A stretch of DNA of 64,000 nucleotides, from contig JAWKNQ010000002.1 of assembly GCA_041391605.1 (NCBI GenBank), positions 85,417 through 149,416 on the forward strand. Reading direction: 5' to 3'. The position numbers were made by a program, and so were the translations under genes. Origin of the DNA: Bacteroidia bacterium. GTDB lineage: Bacteria; Bacteroidota; Bacteroidia; NS11-12g; UBA955. Below the pieces are notes generated by a model. That model worked only from the letters and a program-made list of their open reading frames with translations, made no database searches and was not told the origin of the DNA. This document shows positions 9,796 to 17,683 of the stretch, piece by piece (positions within the stretch are counted from its first letter, which is position 1; every line of letters begins with the position of its first letter).

Positions 9796-10743
9796 TTATA
9801 ATTCGATTTTATATTTTTCTTGTAAGTTTTGACGACTATCTTCAATGTGTTTCATTAGTTTGATATAATCGTCACTAGATTCTTTTTGGACCTTATGCTT
9901 TAACAATTTATTGTATTTAGACATATCCTCAGAAAATGAAATTGCGTCTGAACTAAATACAGAGTGTTTTAACTTTTGATATACATACTCGATAGCATCT
10001 GAATTTGGATGAGCTCCATCTGAATCATAGAATCGGTAATCTCTTAGATCGTCATTAATTAATTCATATGCTGGAAAGTATTTAACGTTTGAATTAAATT
10101 TGAGTAATTCATGTATCGCCAGTATAAGAGTTGATTTGCTGATATTATTTTCAATTACACCATCTTTCAAATGCTTAACCGGTGAGACAGTAAAAATAAT
10201 TTGCGTACCAGGAGATTGTTCCTTAAGTTTTTTTACAATAGGTTCCCATGACTTAAAAATATCAGAAACGGAAAGTAAGTTTTTAGTAAAAAGGTTTTGA
10301 GGTAATTTATGACAATTGGCAAATATTGTTTTATTTTCAATTGACTGATATACATATGAAGAGCCAAAGGTGACAAAAATAAATTTACAATTTTTTAAAG
10401 CGTTTCTAAATTCGTGTAATCTGTGATTAATGTTTTTCAATACATCTGTTTTGTTAACCTCAGAGAATGAGCCATGATGAAAAGCACTATGCCAGTATCC
10501 ATTATTAAAAATCAAATCACCTTCAGTGTAATCACAATGACTAAAAGTGCGTTTAAAGCTTTCTAAGAGACTAATTGGATTAAAAACCACTCCATTAGGT
10601 TGAGCGAAAGTTCTAAAGCCTTCCTCTTTCATTCTTTTCGATATATGGTCAGAAAAACACGATCCTGTAAATATGATTTCATCTTTGAAATCTAATTTAA
10701 TTTCAAGTTCATTTGGAATAAAATTTAGGGCATATCGAATCAT
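9796..10743 (-). CDS. GSCFA domain protein
   Basis: 315 aa with the eponymous TGSCFS motif near the N-terminus and a SGNH-like layout. Confidence 0.75.
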   Translation of the reverse strand: MIRYALNFIPNELEIKLDFKDEIIFTGSCFSDHISKRMKEEGFRTFAQPNGVVFNPISLLESFKRTFSHCDYTEGDLIFNNGYWHSAFHHGSFSEVNKTDVLKNINHRLHEFRNALKNCKFIFVTFGSSYVYQSIENKTIFANCHKLPQNLFTKNLLSVSDIFKSWEPIVKKLKEQSPGTQIIFTVSPVKHLKDGVIENNISKSTLILAIHELLKFNSNVKYFPAYELINDDLRDYRFYDSDGAHPNSDAIEYVYQKLKHSVFSSDAISFSEDMSKYNKLLKHKVQKESSDDYIKLMKHIEDSRQNLQEKYKIEL

Positions 10744-10757
10744 AAGTATGGGTTTAA

Positions 10758-11985
10758 CTATTTCATCATTTCCAAGGCAAATGCATCACGCATATCATAA
10801 AATACTTTTCGAAGAGGGGTGTCTCCATTCGTTCCATAATTTACCAAATTGATTAGTATTCTATTGTTGTTATCTGGAAAATAATGAGCATCTCCACTAT
10901 AACCTAAATCTCGACCTGAATGTCCTATACCCATTTTCCCTGTGTTTAAATGTTTAAATTGTTGAAGCAAACCTACTCCGAGATTACCTCGATCATCATC
11001 ATCAATAAATGTCATCATTATGTCCATAGACTGTTGGTTAACCAATGTTTTATTGATAAATAATGCTTTCATAAACCTGTGCAGGTCTAGTACGTTGCTA
11101 TATATTCCTCCATAGCCATTTCCGCTGCCTGTAATCAAATTTGAAACGTTTACTATTGTACCATTGTTATATAAGTCATAATAGCCTTGAGCAGTCTCAT
11201 TTGGCAAGTCATCATGGTGATGGTAGTAAGTGTTTTTCATTCCAACTTTATCAATCACCAATTCATGCATCCATTCATTATGAGGTCTTCCTGTAATAGC
11301 CTCAATGCACATACTTAATAACAATGTATTAGTATTGCTGTAATCTCCACTAGTTGCATTACTTACATATTCAAATTTAGCGGGTTTTTTTATATGCAAA
11401 TTTTATCAATTCTTTGCCAGTCCATTTTTTATTTGGGTTGTTTAGAACAGAAAGATAAAATTCACTATCAGTAATGATGTCATAAATTCCACTGCTGTGC
11501 TGCATTAAATCTTTTAATGTCGCTTTATCAAAGGTTTTCTACTTCAGCAACAATTTCTTTATCTAGCCATTTTGTTGCTAAATCACTGATATCAACCTTG
11601 CCTTGTTCTCTCAATTGCATAACAGCTGTTGCAAACATCATTTTTGTGATACTTGCTACTTTACTCACTGTGCAAGGTTTAAAGTCAATCCCTTCCTTAA
11701 TGTCTGATTTTCCTGCGCTTCCAATCCAAACTCCATACTCATCTTCAATTAATACTGACACTCCTGAAGTCCCTTCTTCTTGTATGTGTTTAGTATGGAT
11801 TGATAAATGTCGGCTTTGGGGTGCGAGCTGCTGCTATCAGCAAAATCAGAATTACATGAATTTGTTTTACCTACGTATGATTTTCTACATGAATTACTTA
11901 AAACAATAATTACTGATAATGAAAAGATTAATAGAAATCGCTGAATTGAGATTGAAGACACAGAGAAATTCTTATTATTTATCAT
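10758..11985 (-). pseudogene. serine hydrolase / beta-lactamase-family lipoprotein, split into three frames as sequenced
   Basis: Three pieces: 11749-11985 (signal/lipobox), 11528-11761 (SITK = SxxK active site) and 10758-11399 (C-terminal half). The region between 11399 and 11528 continues in another frame. Confidence 0.75.
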
Positions 11986-12595
11986 CTTTTTTAGATTTAA
12001 TTAATTGTGAAATTGGGAAAGAAACACCAATGTGAAGCACATTGTATGGCAGTAATTCTACATAACCTGGCACAAATGGAGTTTGAAGAATATTCTGATA
12101 TCTCATAAAAACTCTATTTCTAGCTTCATTGAATTTATAATCCACTCCAAGTGATAAACTAAGCATCCCTTGAGGTCTGGATTTAAGTCTTTTTACCTCC
12201 CAATCTCCATTTGAATTTTGCTTAAATTGTTGACTTGCAGGAATCATGTGCAGATATCCTCCACCAAAAGCGATATTTAGTCCCCATCGTTGACCAGCTT
12301 TATAACGATACCCAAATTCGGAATACAAGACCACGCTTCTTTGAATATAGCGATGACTAAAATATCCGATTTTAAACGATTGCCCCCAACTATGTTTTTT
12401 GGCATTTTTCCATGTTAGTCCTGTGGAAAGGGTAACACCTGGGTGGACTTACGAATAAAACACCTTAGGGAATCCTGTAATTGGCAAGGCGGTGACATAA
12501 TTGTTGGCTGCCACAGTGAAATATGTGAGCTTATGTTTTCCCTCAGACGAATGAACTATAGAACTCAATAGTATCAAGCAAATACTCTTTTTCAT
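11975..12595 (-). pseudogene. hypothetical outer-membrane beta-barrel-like protein with a single in-frame TAA (12449-12451)
   Basis: The ATG at 12595 gives the signal peptide MKKSICLILLSSIVHS. The same frame runs through one TAA into ORF 11975-12334 (alternating aromatic/Gly beta-strand pattern). Total length is 207 codons. Confidence 0.5.
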
Positions 12596-12636
12596 ACAAT
12601 GGCAATGTTAAGTAATTCTATGTTTAATCACAAAGT

Positions 12637-12644
12637 CAAATTTA
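12637..12644 (-). promoter_or_regulatory. -7 box (TAaaTTTG on minus strand) for the beta-barrel-like gene
   Basis: The plus strand reads caaattta. The box lies 41 nt upstream of the ATG at 12595. Confidence 0.4.
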
Positions 12645-12763
12645 GAAAACCTGTTCTTTAAATAAAAAGTTAAGCCATTAGGCCAAGATCCTATAAACTG
12701 GGATTTTTGTATTTGATCAGAAATCACTTGCATTCTTTTCAAAACGGTATTATATTTGCGTAC

Positions 12764-12827
12764 ACTATTATAGTGTTTTCATAGTTTTAGTTTTGTCAAA
12801 GGCCGTGTCAGAAATGATGCGGTTTTT
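12764..12827 (+). ncRNA. candidate small RNA (orphan promoter-hairpin-terminator unit)
   Basis: TTG at 12728-12730 and TAtaTTTG at 12751-12758. Hairpin acacta/tagtgt at 12762-12776. Then the stem ccgtgtca/tgatgcgg (12803-12822) followed by TTTTT. The unit is plus-oriented between two minus-strand genes and contains no ORF. Confidence 0.3.
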
Positions 12828-12886
12828 GGCGTAATAAGGTTTCTGTCAATAAAACATTTATTAAAAATACTGATATTTTATCTTAG

Positions 12887-13267
12887 TTAATATTGCTTAG
12901 AATGTAGTAATACCAACGTACAAGCTTCCTCCCAATCTATGCCTCTTTCGCTTAAGTGTTCTTGTAAATCTGCATTCTCTGTACCAGGGTTAAATATCAC
13001 TCTTTTTGGTTTTAATTCCATAATAAATTCATAATATTTCAATTGAATTTTTGGATTAATGTATAAGGTAATTGTGTCAATTTGAGAAAAGTTTTCGCAT
13101 TTTGATTCGGTTTGAATGGGTATGCCAGAAACTTCACCAGTTCTTTTTCCTAAAGCTTCAACTAAAAAGCCTTTAGCTTTTAAAAGCTTAATTGCCATAT
13201 TTGAATAACGATTTGGGTTTTCACTTGCGCCTATTACTAATGTGGCCTTGCTTTCGTTGCTGTTCAT
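12887..13267 (-). CDS. CoA-binding domain protein (YccU-like)
   Basis: VIGASENPNRYSNMAIKLLKAKGF...ALGKRTGEVxG pattern. I prefer the internal ATG at 13267 to the longer track ORF. Confidence 0.75.
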   Translation of the reverse strand: MNSNESKATLVIGASENPNRYSNMAIKLLKAKGFLVEALGKRTGEVSGIPIQTESKCENFSQIDTITLYINPKIQLKYYEFIMELKPKRVIFNPGTENADLQEHLSERGIDWEEACTLVLLHSKQY

Positions 13268-13334
13268 AAGAATGTAAATTTCTAGTTCACAAAACAAATA
13301 TTTAATATGATATTCGCCTAATTATTTTACGAAT

Positions 13335-13865
13335 ATGAATATAGGAGATAAGTTAATAAACTTCAAACTAGAAGCTACTGATGGGAAATGGTATAGCAAT
13401 TTTGACTTTGTTGAAAGGTATGCCTTGTGTTTTATTTTTACAAGCAATACATGTCCTCAGTCCAAAGCATATTGGCAGAGAATTGTAAAATTAGCTGACA
13501 GATATGAACAAGATAACATGGTGTTATTTGCAGTGAATTCAAATGATGAACTTCAAGATCCGAACGAGTCAATGCAGGGTATGAAAGACTTAATGGGTAC
13601 TTTAGAAGGCGAAAATGTCTATTATTTAAAGGATGAAGATCAAAGTCTTGCTAAACAAATGGGAGCTGAGATAAATCCTGAAGTATTCTTATTCAATTCA
13701 AAACGCGAATTAGTTTATAAAGGTATAATTGATGATAGTTGGGAAAATGAAAATCAAGTTATGATGGCTTATCTAGAGGATGCAATTGAATATTGTTTAG
13801 ACGGAATTGATATTGATTATCCAGAGATTCCCGCTCAAGGATGTGATATTCTTTGGAAGAAGTAA
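13335..13865 (+). CDS. thioredoxin-fold / redoxin family protein (single Cys, CPQS)
   Basis: 176 aa with an AhpC/TSA-like layout, and FIFTSNTCPQS in place of CxxC. Confidence 0.6.
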   Translation: MNIGDKLINFKLEATDGKWYSNFDFVERYALCFIFTSNTCPQSKAYWQRIVKLADRYEQDNMVLFAVNSNDELQDPNESMQGMKDLMGTLEGENVYYLKDEDQSLAKQMGAEINPEVFLFNSKRELVYKGIIDDSWENENQVMMAYLEDAIEYCLDGIDIDYPEIPAQGCDILWKK

Positions 13866-13880
13866 ACATTTATCTCGTTT

Positions 13881-14684
13881 ATGACCAAAACAGTAGTTAT
13901 TACAGGAGCCTCCTCAGGAATTGGAGAGGCACTAGCATATCATGCAGCCTCGCTAGGCTATAATTTATGTTTAGCTGCTAGACAATCAGATAAATTAAAC
14001 AAAGTGCGAGAGAACTGCCTTAAAATGACTGAAAATGTAGTTGTTGTTCAGGCAGATGTAGGCATTGAAAATGATTGTAAAGTCATGATTGAACATACCA
14101 TTCAAGCATTTGGAGGAATTGATATCTTAATCAATAATGCAGGAATTAGTATGCGAGCCATGTTTAATGAATGTGATCTTGATGTAATTCACAAAGTAAT
14201 GGATGTTAATTTTTGGGGTACTGTTTATTCAACGAAATATGCTTTGCCATATCTTCTAAAATCTAAGGGTTCTGTCGTTGGAATTTCATCAATTGCAGGA
14301 ATAAAAGGACTTCCCGCTAGAACAGGGTATTCAGCTTCCAAATTTGCTATGCATGGATTTTTAGAATCTTTGAGAATTGAAAATTTAAAAATGGGTCTGC
14401 ATGTATTGATTGCATGCCCCGGATATACGGCTTCTAATATCCGACAAGCAGCATTAAATCAATCTGGTAAATCTCAATCTGAAAGTCCTTTAGATGAATC
14501 AAAATTGATGTCTGCAGAAAAGGTGGCATCAGAAGTTTTTAAGGCAATAAATAAAAGAAAATCGAGTTTGTTTTTAACCTTTGAAGGAAAAGCGACAAGG
14601 TTTTTAAATAAATTCTTTCCAAGCTTATTAGATCGTCTAGTTTACAACAAAGTTTCAAAAGAGCCAGACAGCCCATTTAAGTGA
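13881..14684 (+). CDS. SDR family oxidoreductase
   Basis: TGASSGIGEA cofactor motif, NNAG, and the YSASKFA catalytic motif. Confidence 0.85.
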   Translation: MTKTVVITGASSGIGEALAYHAASLGYNLCLAARQSDKLNKVRENCLKMTENVVVVQADVGIENDCKVMIEHTIQAFGGIDILINNAGISMRAMFNECDLDVIHKVMDVNFWGTVYSTKYALPYLLKSKGSVVGISSIAGIKGLPARTGYSASKFAMHGFLESLRIENLKMGLHVLIACPGYTASNIRQAALNQSGKSQSESPLDESKLMSAEKVASEVFKAINKRKSSLFLTFEGKATRFLNKFFPSLLDRLVYNKVSKEPDSPFK

Positions 14685-14689
14685 TTTTG

Positions 14690-15001
14690 TCAAGTTAGTT
14701 TTACACTAATTAATTCTAAAACTACAGCTTCCTGAAGTTCGTTAAGTTCTAAATTCCAGACATTTGTATTTTCGTGTTGTCCATTAACACTTATGGATAT
14801 CACGACACCAGCTTTATTGTTCATGTGAATTAGTATCTTTTCCTCATTGTGGAAATTACTTCTCTTAAAGGCTTGTATAATTCCTGATTTGAAATCACAA
14901 TATACTTCTTCGCATTTGTAATCCCTCAGGGCGCTTTTACATGCATCATAAGCATGTTTTATGTTCGTATTAAATATCTTTTGTAACATTGTGTTCTGCA
15001 C
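14690..15001 (-). CDS. hypothetical protein
   Basis: 103-aa ORF with no recognisable motif. Confidence 0.35.
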   Translation of the reverse strand: MQNTMLQKIFNTNIKHAYDACKSALRDYKCEEVYCDFKSGIIQAFKRSNFHNEEKILIHMNNKAGVVISISVNGQHENTNVWNLELNELQEAVVLELISVKLT

Positions 15002-15118
15002 TTATTATATAATTAGACGCAAATTCATAATTAAGGTTGCAAGTCCTATCAATTATGACAAAAAAATGAGATTTGTGTGACTTTAAAATTAAGGGAAGAT
15101 TTAAAAATCTATTTTTAT

Positions 15119-17617
15119 TTATCGAATGAGCGTAAAAGTTCCTCTAAAATAACGCTCTACATTATCACAAGCTACGTATCTTACTTGATAAACATACACA
15201 TCTTGTGGAGCGTAGTTGCCTTTTATTTTGCCATCCCATTCGAAATTTGGACTTTCGCTTTCAAAGATTTTTTCACCCCATCTGTTGTATAAACTCAACA
15301 AGTATGGCGAACCTGGATCGCTGTAATTATTACCTGGGAATGTTTCATTTATAAAGTCGTCGTTTGGTGAAAATGCATTTGGCATAAATAAATCTATAGG
15401 TAATGCGTCAGCTTGTTCAAAAATTGATACACTATCTGAAATTACACATCCGTTTTCATTTCTAACTGTTATAGTATAAACACCAGCTTCTGATACGGAT
15501 ATTGATCTTGAAGTTGCTCCTGTGTTCCATAAGTAATCTACCATACTGTCTGAAGCTGTTAATTGCAACTTTGATGAAATACAGATAGTTGTGTCATCGC
15601 CTAATCCTCCATCAATTTGAGGATATTGATATAAAGTAATTGAATCCGATTCAACACATCCTTCTTTTGAAACAATTGTTAATTTATATTTACCTGGGGA
15701 AGTGGCGTGGATGTTTTTATCTTCACTAAATTCTTCCCAAATATACTTTACAAATCCATCTTGAGGAATTATCCATCGATCCACTGGCCCACAATAAAAG
15801 GTGTCATTACCCAAGTCTAAGCCTGTCTCAATATGCTGTAAATTGGCTGTGTCAATAATAGTACATAATTTATTTCTGACAGTCACAATATATTGACCAG
15901 GCTGGTATGTGGTAATTTGTGGTGTTTTTTGTCCAGAATTCCAGGAATATGTTGTTTCGAGGTTTGTTTTACTTGAATAGTTAACACCATCCAATGTCAC
16001 AGGTGTGTTCTTACAAAATAAGGAGTCGTTGATGTAAATATGTGGAGGAGGATATAATATAAATGTAATACTATCACTTGATGGACAATTATTTTCGTTG
16101 GTTACATTTACCCAATATTTCCCAAGTTGAGAAATAAACACTGTTTGTTTATCAGTGTTATCATTCCATAAATACGAATTGTATCCTGGTGCTCCCAAAT
16201 ATGTAAATTGGACAAAGCTATCTCTGCATATAACCGAATCTGGACCTAAATCTAAGAAACTTAAATCATTTGTGATAACCATAGTGTCTCTTGCTGAGCA
16301 TGGAGCATCTGTCGCCTCAATCCAATAACTCCCTCCCTTATTTACGGTTATCTCTGGAGTAGTTTCTCCCGTGTTCCACTTAAATAATTTGTCATTTAAA
16401 TCAGAACGTATAGGTATAGTGAATTTACCGCAAATTAATGTGTCCTCAGGTAAATGTACCTGAAAACTCTCTTTGATTACAATATCATATTCTGAGGTGT
16501 CATTACATGTATTACTTCTTGTAATTAAACGTACCGTGTAGTTGCCTGGAATTGAATATTTGTACTTGGGGTTTGTAAATATAGATGTATCTTGTTGTGA
16601 AAAGGGATCACCAAAATCCCAGTGGTAAGTAATTCCTCCCTGGCTTCTATTTGTAAAACTTACTTCATTGTTATTACAATTGTATTTAGGCGCAAAAAAG
16701 GAGGAGACAACATAGAATACACACTCACTTACATTAAATTGAAAGTCGCGTTTGGTTTCGCCAATTAAAACACCATTTCGGTATTCTTTCACCTTCAAGC
16801 CAATAACATATTGACCCGTTTTGGTTGGAGTAAGAGTCAATTTGCCATTTTTCTCGTCAATTGTGAGTGTAGGTATTCCATCAATTTGATTGAAATAAGT
16901 GTTGTATGAACTTTGCCACAGAATTAATTTTTTAGGATAATGTGGTAAATTATTAAAATTTGAATAATCAGGTCTTGATGAGTTAGCTGTTGATGTCCCG
17001 GCTCCATCGTACGGTTGAAATAACTCGTATACTAAAGAATCTCCATCTGCATCATATGCGGAATGGTCGAAGTTTAAAGGGGCATTTGTACAAAGAAAAT
17101 TAGGGGGTAAATTTTTAAATGAGGGTGAAGAGTTATCTATGGATGTATTAATTTCAGTCCAATATGTAGCACCAGTGCTTTCTGGAGCAACTATATTGCT
17201 TATTGTGTTGTTACGACAACATCTTTCAAAAGAAATAATAAAGTTACCATTTTTGGGTAAGCTAATGGTTGTTTCATACACATATTTGTCAACGCAAGCA
17301 TTTGGAGTAGTTTTAATGCAGCTATAGTTAACATCACTTACTCTTGTTGGGGAATTTCTCCTTACCGTCTTACATAAATTGGTGAGTAGAACTTCATTTT
17401 TTGCGTTGAATACATTGATTAAGCCATCAATATCACTAGCAATAGCCCCATCTGAGCCGTTGATGCAATCGATGTACAAAAACAGTTTAATTTTATAGAT
17501 TTTATTAAAGGTGTTTTCGCTTTGAAATTCGTACATAATTTCTCCACCCACTATATGTGTAGCCTCTGCATTAAACAGAAGCACTGCTGAAAATATAAGC
17601 AGTAGGAGCCTTTTCAT
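15119..17617 (-). CDS. large repeat adhesin-like protein with T9SS type B (gliding-motility-associated) C-terminal domain
   Basis: Signal peptide, a PKD-like YHWDFGD motif, five Cys-framed modules of about 60-75 aa, and the C-terminal FMPNAFSPNDDxINETF...YxVxY motif. Confidence 0.8.
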   Translation of the reverse strand: MKRLLLLIFSAVLLFNAEATHIVGGEIMYEFQSENTFNKIYKIKLFLYIDCINGSDGAIASDIDGLINVFNAKNEVLLTNLCKTVRRNSPTRVSDVNYSCIKTTPNACVDKYVYETTISLPKNGNFIISFERCCRNNTISNIVAPESTGATYWTEINTSIDNSSPSFKNLPPNFLCTNAPLNFDHSAYDADGDSLVYELFQPYDGAGTSTANSSRPDYSNFNNLPHYPKKLILWQSSYNTYFNQIDGIPTLTIDEKNGKLTLTPTKTGQYVIGLKVKEYRNGVLIGETKRDFQFNVSECVFYVVSSFFAPKYNCNNNEVSFTNRSQGGITYHWDFGDPFSQQDTSIFTNPKYKYSIPGNYTVRLITRSNTCNDTSEYDIVIKESFQVHLPEDTLICGKFTIPIRSDLNDKLFKWNTGETTPEITVNKGGSYWIEATDAPCSARDTMVITNDLSFLDLGPDSVICRDSFVQFTYLGAPGYNSYLWNDNTDKQTVFISQLGKYWVNVTNENNCPSSDSITFILYPPPHIYINDSLFCKNTPVTLDGVNYSSKTNLETTYSWNSGQKTPQITTYQPGQYIVTVRNKLCTIIDTANLQHIETGLDLGNDTFYCGPVDRWIIPQDGFVKYIWEEFSEDKNIHATSPGKYKLTIVSKEGCVESDSITLYQYPQIDGGLGDDTTICISSKLQLTASDSMVDYLWNTGATSRSISVSEAGVYTITVRNENGCVISDSVSIFEQADALPIDLFMPNAFSPNDDFINETFPGNNYSDPGSPYLLSLYNRWGEKIFESESPNFEWDGKIKGNYAPQDVYVYQVRYVACDNVERYFRGTFTLIR

Positions 17618-17683
17618 GTTTTTACTTATTCTAATAGACGTACAAATTACGAAAAAAGCTGCATAATTAGATATTTTTTTTAA

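Noticed and set aside
11517-11909. 130-aa plus-strand ORF.
   Set aside because: It is antisense to the serine-hydrolase fragments, which carry the SxxK motif. Its translation is hydrophobic, low-complexity and Cys-rich with no support.
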